The notes under the pieces were generated by a model. The model did no database searches. It was not told where the DNA came from and worked only from the letters and a program-made list of their open reading frames with translations. Below are positions 35,392 to 46,244 of a stretch of DNA of 64,000 bases, in pieces. The stretch comes from Candidatus Pacearchaeota archaeon (lineage in GTDB: Archaea; Nanobdellota; Nanobdellia; Pacearchaeales; GW2011-AR1), in the NCBI GenBank assembly GCA_027021195.1, contig JALUUW010000003.1, forward strand, positions 4,843 through 68,842. The letters run 5' to 3'. The position numbers and the translations under genes are program-made. The first letter of the stretch is position 1; every line of letters starts with the position of its first letter.

Positions 35392-37776
35392 ATGCCAAAA
35401 AACAAAATTGACATTAAGAAAACAGAAGATAAATGGAAGTCTTTTTGGGAGAAAGAAGGAATTTATAAGTTTGAAGGAAAGAAAAGAAAAAAAATCTACA
35501 GCATAGACACTCCTCCGCCTTATGTTTCAGGGGACATGCACATCGGCCATGCTTTCTCATATTCCCAGCAGGATTTTATTGCAAGATTCAGAAGAATGCT
35601 TCACATGAAGGATGGAGAGGTTTTTTACCCTTTTGGAACAGACGACAATGGATTGCCTACTGAAAGGTTTGTAGAAAAAAAGAATAGAATAAAAAGCAAA
35701 AGCATTTCAAGGGCCGAATTTATTGAGTTGTGCTTAAAAACACTGAAAGAGATAACTCCTGATTTTATTCAAGACTGGAAAGACCTGGGAATATCATGCG
35801 ATTACAGTCTTTACTACTCAACTATTGACAAACACTCGCAGAAAATATCGCAGAAGTCATTTATTGAGCTGTTTAAGCAGGGAGATATATACAGAAAGGA
35901 GTTTCCGACTTTATGGTGTACTGAATGCCAGACTACAATTGCTCAGGCAGAGCTTGAAGACATGGAAAAAGACAGCCTGTTTTCAACACTCAAATTTAAA
36001 GCAGATGGAAAAGACCTGCTGATTGCAACAACAAGGCCTGAGATGCTGAGAGCGTGTGTTGCTGTTTTTGTGAACCCAAAAGATACGAGATACAAAAGCC
36101 TTATAGGAAAAAAGGCAAAAGTTCCTTTATTTAATCATGAAGTTCCTATAATTGAGGATGAGTCAGCAGACATTGAAAAAGGGACAGGAGTCTTAATGAT
36201 TTGCTCCTACGGAGACAAGTTTGATGTTGAGGCAATTAACAGGCATGGCCTTAATCCAAAGATAATTCTGGGTAAAAACGGAACCATGAGCATTGAAGGT
36301 CATGAAAAGTATAATAGCTTAAGAGTAAAAGAGGCAAGAAAAAAAATTCTTGAAGATTTAAGAGAAAATGGCCTGATTGAAGAGCAGAAGCAAATCTCGC
36401 ATGTCGTGAATGTTCATGACAAGTGCGGAACTGAGATAGAGTTTGTTCCGACAGAGCAGTGGTTTATTAAAATTCTGGACAAAAAGAAAGAGCTTGTAAA
36501 GCAGGGAAAAAAGATTAACTGGCATCCTGAATTTATGTTTAAGAGGTATGAAAACTGGGTTAATGGCCTGGAGTGGGACTGGAGCATTTCAAGAGAGAGG
36601 CATTTCGGAGTTCCTATTCCTGTCTGGATTTGCAGGAAATGCAATGAAATTATTCTTCCTGAAGAAAAAGAGCTTCCAGTTGACCCTCTGCAAGAAAGAA
36701 AAAAATGCTCAAAATGCAATGAGCTTGCAGAAGGGGAAGAAAGGGTTTTAGACACCTGGGCAACCTCGTCATTAACTCCGCAGATTGCTTCCTCTCTGCC
36801 GGCTGTTAAAAAAACTGCAGAAGTAAAAATGCCTTTTTCATTAAGGCCCCAGGCTCATGACATAATAAGGACATGGGCATTTTATACTATTGTTAAATCA
36901 TATTTGCATGAAAAAGAGATTCCGTGGAAGGACATTATAATTTCAGGGTTTGTGACACACAAAGGAGAAAAAATGTCAAAAAGCAAAGGAACAGGAATCA
37001 GGCCAAGGCAACTCATGGAAACATACGGGACAGATGCATTAAGGTTCTGGGCTGCTGGCTCAAAACTCGGAGAGGACATGGACTATCATGAAAAGGATTT
37101 AATAACAGGAAAAAAATTCATAACAAAACTGGTTAATGCATCAAGGTTTGTTTTTATGAATCTTGAAGACTATTCCTCTGGAAAGAGGAAGCCGAAAAAA
37201 CTTGAAAAGCTTGATGAGTTATTCCTGAATAGGCTGAACGCTCTTATAAAGAGCTCTACAGAAAATTTTAAGAGATATGAATATTCAAAAGCAAAATCAG
37301 AAACAGAGCAGTTTTTCTGGCATGTTTTTTGCGATAATTATCTGGAGATAGTTAAAAAAAGAATCTACAATGAGAAAGGAGACAAAAAAATCTCAGCGCA
37401 ATACACTCTTTACACTTCCCTTCTTACAATCCTGAAGCTAATTGCACCTATAATGCCGTTTATCACAGAGGAAATTTACCAGACTTACTTTAAAAAATCA
37501 GAAAAAGAAAAAAGCATTCATATTTCTAAGTGGCCTGAGGAGATTAAAATACCAAAGCTAAGCAAGAAAGAAGAGGGAATTTTTGATATAATGATTGAAA
37601 TCATTGCCAAAGTAAGGCATGAAAAATCCATTGCAAAAAAATCCATGAACTCTGAGATAGTTTTAACCTTAGAGAGAGATTTTTTAGAGAAGTTAGAAGA
37701 AGTCATTGATGACTTAAAGGCTGTTGCAAACGCGAAAGAAATCAGGGAAGGAAAATTCAGTGTTGAGTTTGTTTAA
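35392..37776 (+). CDS. valS: Class I aminoacyl-tRNA synthetase, most consistent with valyl-tRNA synthetase
   Basis: PPPYVSGDMHIGHA (HIGH), TTRPEML...AVFVNPKD, KMSKSKG. 794 aa. Confidence 0.7.
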   Translation: MPKNKIDIKKTEDKWKSFWEKEGIYKFEGKKRKKIYSIDTPPPYVSGDMHIGHAFSYSQQDFIARFRRMLHMKDGEVFYPFGTDDNGLPTERFVEKKNRIKSKSISRAEFIELCLKTLKEITPDFIQDWKDLGISCDYSLYYSTIDKHSQKISQKSFIELFKQGDIYRKEFPTLWCTECQTTIAQAELEDMEKDSLFSTLKFKADGKDLLIATTRPEMLRACVAVFVNPKDTRYKSLIGKKAKVPLFNHEVPIIEDESADIEKGTGVLMICSYGDKFDVEAINRHGLNPKIILGKNGTMSIEGHEKYNSLRVKEARKKILEDLRENGLIEEQKQISHVVNVHDKCGTEIEFVPTEQWFIKILDKKKELVKQGKKINWHPEFMFKRYENWVNGLEWDWSISRERHFGVPIPVWICRKCNEIILPEEKELPVDPLQERKKCSKCNELAEGEERVLDTWATSSLTPQIASSLPAVKKTAEVKMPFSLRPQAHDIIRTWAFYTIVKSYLHEKEIPWKDIIISGFVTHKGEKMSKSKGTGIRPRQLMETYGTDALRFWAAGSKLGEDMDYHEKDLITGKKFITKLVNASRFVFMNLEDYSSGKRKPKKLEKLDELFLNRLNALIKSSTENFKRYEYSKAKSETEQFFWHVFCDNYLEIVKKRIYNEKGDKKISAQYTLYTSLLTILKLIAPIMPFITEEIYQTYFKKSEKEKSIHISKWPEEIKIPKLSKKEEGIFDIMIEIIAKVRHEKSIAKKSMNSEIVLTLERDFLEKLEEVIDDLKAVANAKEIREGKFSVEFV

Positions 37777-37841
37777 TCAATCCAATACGGCTTTGAACCT
37801 GTCATACTCAGTTTTATAAACATCTTTTTTCTTTTTAAAAT

Positions 37842-38930
37842 ATGACACAATTAACTAAAGCAGAACTTGAAGAAATTTTGGAAGAATTAGGAAAACACCG
37901 AGGAAGGGCAACAGAGCTTATCACAGTTTACATACCTTCAGGCCAGAATATTTATACTGTTTCAGACCAGCTTGAAGCAGAAAAATCAACTGCAAAAAAC
38001 ATAAAATCCACTTCAACACGAAAAAATGTAATTAATGCTTTGGAAAAGATAACAAGATACCTCAAAACCATGAAAAAGACTCCTGAGAACGGCCTTGCTG
38101 TTTTTTGCGGCAATGTAAGCAAGGTTGAAGGGCAGGAGGATCTGAAATTATGGGGTATTGAGCCTCCAATGCCCTTGAAAGTAAGAATGTACAGATGCGA
38201 CAAGGAATTTGTTCTTGAGCCTTTAAGAGAGCAGCTTGAAGTCTCAGAGGTTTTTGGCCTGCTTGTTATGGACAGAAAAGAGGCAACTATAGGCATGCTT
38301 GAAGGAAAAAGAATAGAGGTTTTGCAGCACATGACTTCAGGAATTCCAAGCAAAGTAAGGGCAGGAGGCCAGTCAAGCCAGAGGTTCCACAGAATTACTG
38401 AAGGATTAACAAAAGAATTTTACAAGAGAATTGCTGATGAGATGAAAAAGGTTTTTTTCGATATGCCGAAACTTAAGGGAATTCTTGTAGGAGGCCCTAT
38501 TCCTACAAAAGACGAGTTTCTTGACAATAAATATCTGGCCACAAAGCTTCAGGAAAAAGTGATAGGAAGAGTGGATATTGGAGATGCTGATGAATCAGGG
38601 CTAAAAGAGATTGTTGCAAAATCTCATGATATTTTGGAGAATCAGGAGATAATTCATGAAAAAAAGGTTCTTGAAAAGTTTTTTGAGACTCTTGGAGAAA
38701 AGCCTGATTTTGCTCTTTATAAAGAAGAAGATGTCAGAAAGGCTCTTGAATACGGAGCTGTAGATGTATTAATATTGTCAAAAGACCTTGATAAAAAACT
38801 CTCAAAAGAGCTGAAAAAAATGGCAGAGAGTATTTCATCAGAGGTTGAGGTTGTCTCCACAGAAACAGAAGAAGGAAAGCAGTTCAATAATCTCTCTGGA
38901 ATAGGGGCTTTGCTGAGGTTTAAGGTTTAA
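37842..38930 (+). CDS. prf1: Peptide chain release factor aRF1
   Basis: NIKS motif (KNIKSTSTR) and GGQ motif (RAGGQSSQRF). Confidence 0.85.
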   Translation: MTQLTKAELEEILEELGKHRGRATELITVYIPSGQNIYTVSDQLEAEKSTAKNIKSTSTRKNVINALEKITRYLKTMKKTPENGLAVFCGNVSKVEGQEDLKLWGIEPPMPLKVRMYRCDKEFVLEPLREQLEVSEVFGLLVMDRKEATIGMLEGKRIEVLQHMTSGIPSKVRAGGQSSQRFHRITEGLTKEFYKRIADEMKKVFFDMPKLKGILVGGPIPTKDEFLDNKYLATKLQEKVIGRVDIGDADESGLKEIVAKSHDILENQEIIHEKKVLEKFFETLGEKPDFALYKEEDVRKALEYGAVDVLILSKDLDKKLSKELKKMAESISSEVEVVSTETEEGKQFNNLSGIGALLRFKV

Positions 38931-39051
38931 CAGTTTTTCAGGGTATTTTTGGGATGATTGCAAGAATATCTGGATTTGCTCCTGACTAAATTAACTGATT
39001 ATAACTAATTTTAAACACAATCTTTAAAATCCCATCCCATTTATTATAAAA

Positions 39052-39603
39052 ATGGAAATAAGCAGCAAGACAGCAGAGGAAATTGATGAGGCAAAAGAAA
39101 AAGAGGATCTGAAAAAGCTTGAAGCAGTCTTTTTTGTTTCAGGAAGATTTCTGAATATGCAGGAGCTGATATCCTTGACAGACTTAAATCCAATAATAAT
39201 CAGGGAGCTGATAGAAAAGCTTCAGGAAAAGTATGACAATGGAGATTCTGCAATTGAAATTGTTGAAAAAAATAATCTTTGGAAGATGGATGTAAGAAAA
39301 GAATACTCTTACATAATTAACAGATTAGCTACAGGCTCCTCAGAGTTTTCAAAAGCAGAGCAGGAAACTCTTGCAATTATTGCCTATAAACAGCCAGTTA
39401 AGCAATCAGTAATAATTAAAATAAGAGGAAATAAGGCTTATGACCACATAAAAAAATTTGTTGAGCTTGGGCTTTTAAAAAAGAAAAAATCAGGGCATAC
39501 TCATGAGCTGAGCTTAAGCGATGAATTTTATGATTACTTTAATCTGGAGGACAGGAAAAGCTTTGCGGAGAATCTCTCCGGCAATGAATCTTCAAGAGAA
39601 TAA
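39052..39603 (+). CDS. scpB: Segregation and condensation protein B (ScpB)-like
   Basis: LEAVFFVSG..L...EL and ETLAIIAYKQPVKQSVIIKIRG...HIKKFVELGLL...DEFYDYFNL match the ScpB tandem wHTH pattern. Confidence 0.65.
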   Translation: MEISSKTAEEIDEAKEKEDLKKLEAVFFVSGRFLNMQELISLTDLNPIIIRELIEKLQEKYDNGDSAIEIVEKNNLWKMDVRKEYSYIINRLATGSSEFSKAEQETLAIIAYKQPVKQSVIIKIRGNKAYDHIKKFVELGLLKKKKSGHTHELSLSDEFYDYFNLEDRKSFAENLSGNESSRE

Positions 39604-39604
39604 A

Positions 39605-40834
39605 ATGGAATCTCTGACTGTTATTTATCTTGCTTATACCTTTATTGCGCTTTATTTTTTAGTCTTATTTATCTTGATTTATATTCCAAACAGAAAGAAT
39701 CTCTTTTTTTATCCAAATCCGGACAGGAATTATTCTTTAAGCATTGTTGTTCCGTGCTACAATGAAGAAGAGAACATAGAGGGGACTATCCGGGCTTTGC
39801 TGGATTCAGATTATAAAGGCCTTAAAAAAGTAATTGTTGTGGATGACTGCAGCACTGACCGCTCTTATGACATAATAAAAAAGCTGTCAAAAAAATATCC
39901 TAAAGTTCTTGCCCTGAAAACTCCAAAAAATACAGGCAAGGCAAGCGGAGCAAAGAATTACGGAGCAAAGTTTGTGACTACTGAGCTGATAGGATTTACA
40001 GATGCGGACTCATACCCAAAAAAGGATGCAATAACAAAGATGGTTGGTTTTTTTAATGATAAAAATGTAGGGGCAGTTACTGCAAGGGTTCTTGTAAAAA
40101 AAAGGGATAATTTTATAGAGAGGCTGCAGTCAATAGAGTATAAGATAATCTCTTTCTCAAGAAAGCTTTTGGGATTTATAGGGGCAATATATGTAACTCC
40201 TGGCCCTCTGGCCATCTACAGAAGAAGCGCCTTTAATGAAATTAACGGGTTTGATGAAAAAAACATGACAGAGGATATAGAGATAACATGGCATCTTATC
40301 TCAAAAAAATACAGGGTGGAGATGAGCCTCTTATCAAGAGTTTACACAGTTGCTCCTGATAATTTTAAGGCATGGTTTAGGCAGAGAGTAAGATGGAATA
40401 TTGGAGGGATACAGACAATAAATAAGTATAAGAAAACATTTTTTAAGGTTGGAATGCTTGGAAGCTTCATTCTGCCTTTTTTTGTCTTCTCATGGATGCT
40501 TGGAATTTTTGGAATTTTAATCTTGTTTTACAGGATTGTTAGGAGGGCTGTTGTCCAGTATCTTTCAACAACTTACTCTGTGAAGGCCCAGACAGCAATT
40601 TTTACATTCAGGGAACTGAACCTTACTCCAAGCATTCTTGTTTTTTTTGGAATAGCAATGTTTATCCTAAGTTTCTCTTTTACATTGCTTGCCCTTCTCC
40701 ACTCAAGAGAAAAAGAATTTAAAAAGCATAAATTGCTTGATATTCTGGCTTATATGTTTGTATATTTGCTAAGTTATCCAGTAATCCTGATAACATCAAT
40801 ATATAAATTTTTTAAAGGGAAACACTCTTGGTAA
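39605..40834 (+). CDS. Family 2 glycosyltransferase, membrane-bound
   Basis: SIVVPCYNEE, VVDDCSTD, DADSYP (DxD), QRVRWNIG (QxxRW), multiple TM helices. Start placed at MESLTV. Confidence 0.7.
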   Translation: MESLTVIYLAYTFIALYFLVLFILIYIPNRKNLFFYPNPDRNYSLSIVVPCYNEEENIEGTIRALLDSDYKGLKKVIVVDDCSTDRSYDIIKKLSKKYPKVLALKTPKNTGKASGAKNYGAKFVTTELIGFTDADSYPKKDAITKMVGFFNDKNVGAVTARVLVKKRDNFIERLQSIEYKIISFSRKLLGFIGAIYVTPGPLAIYRRSAFNEINGFDEKNMTEDIEITWHLISKKYRVEMSLLSRVYTVAPDNFKAWFRQRVRWNIGGIQTINKYKKTFFKVGMLGSFILPFFVFSWMLGIFGILILFYRIVRRAVVQYLSTTYSVKAQTAIFTFRELNLTPSILVFFGIAMFILSFSFTLLALLHSREKEFKKHKLLDILAYMFVYLLSYPVILITSIYKFFKGKHSW

Positions 40835-41493
40835 AAATGGCTGGAAATCCAAAGAACGTTTTTTTGCAGGCTTTTTTTTTAACTGCAGTTATATTTGTTT
40901 TTGGGCTTCTTCTCGGAGTTGCTTTTGAGGCATCTAGGATCGATAAGGTAAATGAGTATTACGCAAGATCAGAAATATCCTTAATAGATGCAGTTGCTCT
41001 GAACAGCCTGACTGACCTCTTTGATTCCAGCTGCGAATATCTAGTGGACGCAAATATTGATTTTGCAAACAGGATTTATGAGGAAGCCAAGCTTCTTGAC
41101 AGATATGAGGATGCTGGGAAAATTGATGACAATATTAAATTGGCTCATAAGAGGTATGACCTCTTGAGGACTTTTTTATGGATAAATGTGATAAAAACAA
41201 GGGAGAAGTGCAGCGAAGAGTTCTCTTCAGTCGTATATCTTTATGAATACGAGTCAAAAGATCTCGCAAAAAGAGCGACTCAGAATGTATGGTCAAAAGT
41301 CTTGTTTGACTTAAAGAAGGAAATGGGGAATGACATAATCCTTCTATCAATAGCTGCGAACAATAATATTGATTCTCTTGATTCTCTGAAAAGGAAATTT
41401 GGAATATCAAGGCTTCCGGCTGTTATTATAAATGAGAAATATGTAATACAGGAGCTTTCTTCTGTTGAAAGCTTGAAGAGATATCTTGTTTGA
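40828..41493 (+). CDS. Hypothetical membrane-anchored protein
   Basis: N-terminal TM helix. No motif. Confidence 0.3.
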   Translation: MVKMAGNPKNVFLQAFFLTAVIFVFGLLLGVAFEASRIDKVNEYYARSEISLIDAVALNSLTDLFDSSCEYLVDANIDFANRIYEEAKLLDRYEDAGKIDDNIKLAHKRYDLLRTFLWINVIKTREKCSEEFSSVVYLYEYESKDLAKRATQNVWSKVLFDLKKEMGNDIILLSIAANNNIDSLDSLKRKFGISRLPAVIINEKYVIQELSSVESLKRYLV

Positions 41494-42365
41494 TTTTGTA
41501 TAGAAATATTAAAAAACAGGGTCAGCTCCATTGGTTTATGGAAGAGTGCTTTAGCTGCGGAGTTTCTGAAAAAAAGACGCTTTTGTCTGACGCAATTTCA
41601 GAGAAGGGAATAGTAAAGATATGCAGGAAATGCTCCTTTAAAGAAGAGGTCCTGATTATTAAAAAACCTTCTTTTGACTTTGAAGAGCCTGAAAAAAGAG
41701 GGAGTGTTTATGAAAGGGTTTCAAAAATTGCAGGAATTGACCCTGAAAAAACAAAAGAGCCTGAAAAGAACCCTGAACTTGAAAAACAAGAAGATTCTCT
41801 TAAAAAAATTGTTGAAAAGAACTTTAGTATGAGTGTTGGTGGGCAAAGCAGTTTTACAAAGAAAGGGGAGGGCTTGATTGATAATTTTCACTGGGTTATT
41901 ATGAGGGGAAGAAGGGCAAAACACTTGACTAAAAAACAGCTTGCAGAAGCAATTGCAGAGCCGGAACTGGCTGTAAATCTTGCAGAAAAAGGGATTCTTC
42001 CTGAAAACAGCTCGAAAATCATTGCCAAGCTGGAGAATTATCTTGGGATAAGAATCAGAAAAAAAGGAATTAACGGGAATCAAGGAATGTTTGATGCTTC
42101 AAAGGCAGGAGATGATTTATTGCAGAAAAAAGAGATAACTGAAATCGATTTTGACCCCCTTATTTCCCGAAATTTAACAATAGCAGACTTGAGGGAGATG
42201 AAAAAGAAAAAAGAGGAAGAGATGCTTGGAAAGGACAATGGTAACTTTCAGAAAAAAGAATCTGAAACAACTGACAGCATAAACAAGAGCCATGAAAAAA
42301 GAGAATTGTCTCAGAATGAGATTAATGACCTGATTTTTGGGAAAAAGAAAACACAAGCTTTATAA
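41490..42365 (+). CDS. Zn-ribbon plus Xre-type HTH protein (MBF1-like architecture)
   Basis: CFSCG...CRKCS ribbon, followed by an HTH-like segment HLTKKQLAEAIAEPELAVNLAEKG. Confidence 0.35.
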   Translation: MILYRNIKKQGQLHWFMEECFSCGVSEKKTLLSDAISEKGIVKICRKCSFKEEVLIIKKPSFDFEEPEKRGSVYERVSKIAGIDPEKTKEPEKNPELEKQEDSLKKIVEKNFSMSVGGQSSFTKKGEGLIDNFHWVIMRGRRAKHLTKKQLAEAIAEPELAVNLAEKGILPENSSKIIAKLENYLGIRIRKKGINGNQGMFDASKAGDDLLQKKEITEIDFDPLISRNLTIADLREMKKKKEEEMLGKDNGNFQKKESETTDSINKSHEKRELSQNEINDLIFGKKKTQAL

Positions 42366-42387
42366 ATAAACTTTTATCCATTTTAAT

Positions 42388-42651
42388 ATGGATATCAATA
42401 TTCTTAAAAGCTCAAAAGATGAAATTGAAGTCGAGGTTGAAAGCCTGACAATTGCTGAAATTTTAAGGGTTTACCTTAATAAGGATTCTTCAGTCTCATT
42501 TGCTGCATGGAAAAGGGAGCACCCCACTAAGAAGCCGGTCCTTGCAGTTAAAACAAAAGGAAAAACACCCAAAAAAGCAATAAGTGATGCAGTTGCCGCA
42601 ATAACCAGGGACTTGGAGAAAATCGAGGGTGATTTTAAAAAACTAAAATAA
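42388..42651 (+). CDS. rpoL: DNA-directed RNA polymerase subunit L (Rpo11)
   Basis: 87 aa. EIEVEVES.TIAEIL...L..D..V.FAAWKREHPTKKPVLAVKTKG fits the Rpo11 pattern. Confidence 0.65.
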   Translation: MDINILKSSKDEIEVEVESLTIAEILRVYLNKDSSVSFAAWKREHPTKKPVLAVKTKGKTPKKAISDAVAAITRDLEKIEGDFKKLK

Positions 42652-42705
42652 TTCTTAAAAAGCTTATTCAGGCATTTTTACAGCAATTTATATAAATTGC
42701 CTTAA

Positions 42706-43449
42706 ATGTTCTTTAGCATGGCTAATAACAGAATATCTGCAGGAAGCTTTGACCTGAACAAGTGGCTCCATGGAGGTTATGAAAAAGATATAATTACAAT
42801 GATTGCAGGGCCTCCCGGATGCGGTAAAACAAACATGGCTGTTCTTGCTGCCTGCAGCCAGGCGAAAAAAGGAAACAAAGTTATTTTTATTGATACAGAA
42901 GGAGGGTTTTCAACAGAGAGGGTGAAGCAGATTGTTGGAGAGGGCTATGAAAGCATTCTGGGAAATATTCTTCTCCTCGAACCTTCAAATTTTGAGGAGC
43001 AGAAAAAGTGTTTTGTAAATCTTCTGAAAAGGCTCAAAAAAAACCATATAGGGCTTATAATTGTTGATGGCATGGCAATGCTTTACAGGCTTGAGCTTGG
43101 AGATGCGGCTAAGTCAAAAGACGGCTCCAAAATAAAAGGAGTGAATAAAGAGGTGGCAAAGCAGATGCAGATTCTCGCTGAAATCTCAAGAAAACAGAAG
43201 ATTCCAGTCATAATAACAAATCAGGTTTACAAAGAATTTCTTTCAGAAGATGATTTAAAAAAAGGGGTTAAGCCAGAGGCAAATATTGTCGGAGGGGATT
43301 TGTTTAAGTATTGGAGCAAGTGTATAATTGAGCTGAAAAATGAAAGGGGAAGGAGAAAGGCAATTCTTCATAAGCATAGAAGCCTTCCGAGGAAAGAGAT
43401 TGGGTTTGAAATAAAAGACAGGGGAATTTTTAAAAGAGGCTGGCTGTAA
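42706..43449 (+). CDS. radB: DNA repair and recombination protein RadB
   Basis: Walker A GPPGCGKTN, IDTEGGFS, short RecA core without the N-terminal HhH domain. Confidence 0.7.
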   Translation: MFFSMANNRISAGSFDLNKWLHGGYEKDIITMIAGPPGCGKTNMAVLAACSQAKKGNKVIFIDTEGGFSTERVKQIVGEGYESILGNILLLEPSNFEEQKKCFVNLLKRLKKNHIGLIIVDGMAMLYRLELGDAAKSKDGSKIKGVNKEVAKQMQILAEISRKQKIPVIITNQVYKEFLSEDDLKKGVKPEANIVGGDLFKYWSKCIIELKNERGRRKAILHKHRSLPRKEIGFEIKDRGIFKRGWL

Positions 43450-43549
43450 TTGCTCCGGATTATTGAATTCTGCAGCAAATAAATATTTAAAAACATAAAT
43501 GACTGAAGTCTTATTCAGTAAATATATGTGATTTTATTGAATAGCTGGC

Positions 43550-44200
43550 ATGGAAAGCAGATTATTGTCTCTTGAAGAAATAAGCAGAGATTATCCTTTT
43601 GTTATTCTGGATACAAGCGCCTTGCTTTATCCAATAGGAAGGAAAAGAATTCAGACGCTCAAAGACAAAATACACCTTTCCAGAGTTGAGAGAGATTCTG
43701 CGGTTTTCTTTAAAAAAAGCCTTCCGCAGTTAAATATTTATGTCACTGACCTTATTTTAAAAGAGTATTTCAGCGAGAAGAGGCGGCCCTGCAAAGGTAT
43801 GCCTTATTTTACAACAAGAAAAAAAGAAGTAATGAAGTTAAGGAGCATGAGGATGGATGCGCACAGAAAAAAGAGAAAATTAGCAGAAGCATTTGGCATA
43901 AACAACAGGGTTATCTCTGAGAGCTGTCTGAGTGAAGAGGAAAGGTCCAATTATGAAATTTTGCTGGAAGAGCATTCTTATTTCGAAGAAAAATACGGGC
44001 TCAGCTATCCTGATTTGGATTTTCTTGTTTTGGGATCAGCAATTTCGCAAAGCAGAGAGAGCGTATCTTTGATATCCAATGACAGCGGGATTATTAATGC
44101 ATGGAATGAGATGTTAAAAAAATATAAAAGCAGTCCGGAAAGGCTCGGCTTTTTCAGGAGAGAAAAGCTTAATGGATTTAGAAAGCTGAGAGTTACTTGA
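43550..44200 (+). CDS. Hypothetical protein (possible PIN-like N-terminus)
   Basis: FVILDTSALLYPIG near the N-terminus. Confidence 0.3.
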   Translation: MESRLLSLEEISRDYPFVILDTSALLYPIGRKRIQTLKDKIHLSRVERDSAVFFKKSLPQLNIYVTDLILKEYFSEKRRPCKGMPYFTTRKKEVMKLRSMRMDAHRKKRKLAEAFGINNRVISESCLSEEERSNYEILLEEHSYFEEKYGLSYPDLDFLVLGSAISQSRESVSLISNDSGIINAWNEMLKKYKSSPERLGFFRREKLNGFRKLRVT

Positions 44201-44317
44201 TAAAGAATAAAAATCCCTTTCTGCTATAGTTCTCTTTAGAAGCCATGCAGGGAATTCTGCAGGACAATTAAGTTCTTGCAACTATAAAAATATAAACTTC
44301 CATGCATCTGTCTTTTT

Positions 44318-45541
44318 ATGGATGGATTGGTTAAGGAAAAAATAAGGTTTGAGGCAATAAAAAAAATAGCTGAGACTGGTTTTAAATATCGGAGTTTGAA
44401 GAAGATATCAAATCTTGACACTAATTCTCCTCCAAGCGTTTTCATAGGCTCCAGGCTGAGATATCCTCTTGTGAATGTTGGGATTTTAAGCCCTCTTGAA
44501 AGAGATGAAAATTCCTGGATTTATGATGATGCAAAGTATTGGGCAGAAAATGATTTTAAAATCAATGATGTTCTTAAGTTTAGAAACAGCCTTGTAAATT
44601 CAAGATTCCAGTCAAAAGTCCATGGAAGCTCCAGCTTAAATAAGAGATTAGTCCTGATTGCACAGGAGATTGCCCTTGCTTCAAAGCCTGTTGATGTGGA
44701 AATTGAGCTGAGAAGAAGGCTGAATATTGACAGGAGAAGAGATAGAGTGACAATGCCTCAGGGATTCAAAGCCCCTTTAAAAAAAGCAAAAATAACCAGT
44801 AATGTAAAAATTCACAGAAAGGTTGACAAAGTAATAAATGATGAGATAAAGGCTTCTGAAGGAGTGAGATATCTTCATAAAAGCGGTTTCAGCGAGTATG
44901 CTTTGAGCAAGATTTTAAGTGTGGGTGTTCTCGGGCTGAAAAAAGATAAGAAGCTTGTTCCCACAAGATGGTCAATTACAGCCACTGACGATATTATTGG
45001 AAAAAGCCTTCTAAAAAAGATAAGGGATTATAAATGGATTGAGAATTATGAATTGTTTTTTGGAGAGTTTATGGGAAACCAATACATGATAATGCTTTTT
45101 CCGAATGTCTGGAGTTATGAGCTTTTTGAGCTTTACCTGCCTGGAAGCTCATGGAACCCCTCTCATGAAATAAAAGCCTCTACAGATTACGAGTCATACG
45201 CTGGAAGAAAAAGCTATGCTTTAGACACTGCCGGAGGGTATTATGCTGCAAGGCTTCCTGTTTTGGAGTATCTTGAGAAAATAAAAAGGCAGGCAAGCGC
45301 ATTAGTAATCAGAATTGAAACTCCAAGCTACTGGGCTGCTTTAGGGGTATGGGTGTGCAGAGAGGCATGCAGAAAGACTCTCAGATATAGGAAACTGGAG
45401 TTTGATAGTTTTGAAGAGGCAGTTAATAGCCTTCAAAACATCGGAAAAGCAAGATTCAATTTTGCCCCTTCAGGAATATTGAAGAAAAGCAGGCTGATAG
45501 AAGCTATAAAAACTCAAAAGAGCCTGAGAGAGTGGTTTTAA
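44318..45541 (+). CDS. Hypothetical protein (407 aa)
   Basis: ORF-track ORF. Confidence 0.3.
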   Translation: MDGLVKEKIRFEAIKKIAETGFKYRSLKKISNLDTNSPPSVFIGSRLRYPLVNVGILSPLERDENSWIYDDAKYWAENDFKINDVLKFRNSLVNSRFQSKVHGSSSLNKRLVLIAQEIALASKPVDVEIELRRRLNIDRRRDRVTMPQGFKAPLKKAKITSNVKIHRKVDKVINDEIKASEGVRYLHKSGFSEYALSKILSVGVLGLKKDKKLVPTRWSITATDDIIGKSLLKKIRDYKWIENYELFFGEFMGNQYMIMLFPNVWSYELFELYLPGSSWNPSHEIKASTDYESYAGRKSYALDTAGGYYAARLPVLEYLEKIKRQASALVIRIETPSYWAALGVWVCREACRKTLRYRKLEFDSFEEAVNSLQNIGKARFNFAPSGILKKSRLIEAIKTQKSLREWF

Positions 45542-45648
45542 TCCTCTGGGCTTAAAATGGCTCTGAGAAGATTATTTGGAGGAATGGAGGCTGGTTAGTT
45601 CTTCTTAAGAATATAAATCTTTATAAGAAATGTTAAAAAATAATCTCT

Positions 45649-46227
45649 ATGGAACAGAATAGAGCTATTAACAAAATCAAGTATGCAATTAAAAACAGGC
45701 TTCCGTCTTCTTTTGAATGCTACTCCCATGCCTGTAGCAACTATGCTATGTCAGAGATGATCGATCTTTCAGAGAAATCAATTTCTATGGTTATAAACTC
45801 CTATGACCCTGGACGCTATAATGATCCTTGCCTTATATACTCTTTTTTGAAATTTATAGATAAAACAGAAGGAAATGGAAGAATAAAGATAATCTTTGGA
45901 GAGGGGATTGGGAATATTGAAGAAAAAGGCCTTGTAGTAAGGATGAGAGCGCACTACAGAAGAAAAAACAAGGAAGATTCTCTGGAAGCCTACTCTCTTA
46001 GAGATAATGAGAAAGTAAGGTTTAGCAGATTTGCCCCCTCTCTTCTTTTCACAGCAGACTTAATGTCTCTTTGCGAGACTACAAAAAGAAATCTTTCTTC
46101 TGGAGAGGTGTTCTCTGTTTGGGCAAGCTTTAAGGGGTATGAGCCTGTTTTTTATATTGAGGGCCATCCTATCAGAGTGAGCAGTTTGATTAATCTTTAT
46201 TTAAATAATTCAGACAGGATTATCTAG
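45649..46227 (+). CDS. Hypothetical protein (192 aa)
   Basis: ORF-track ORF. Confidence 0.3.
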   Translation: MEQNRAINKIKYAIKNRLPSSFECYSHACSNYAMSEMIDLSEKSISMVINSYDPGRYNDPCLIYSFLKFIDKTEGNGRIKIIFGEGIGNIEEKGLVVRMRAHYRRKNKEDSLEAYSLRDNEKVRFSRFAPSLLFTADLMSLCETTKRNLSSGEVFSVWASFKGYEPVFYIEGHPIRVSSLINLYLNNSDRII

Positions 46228-46244
46228 TAGGATTTAAATTCAGT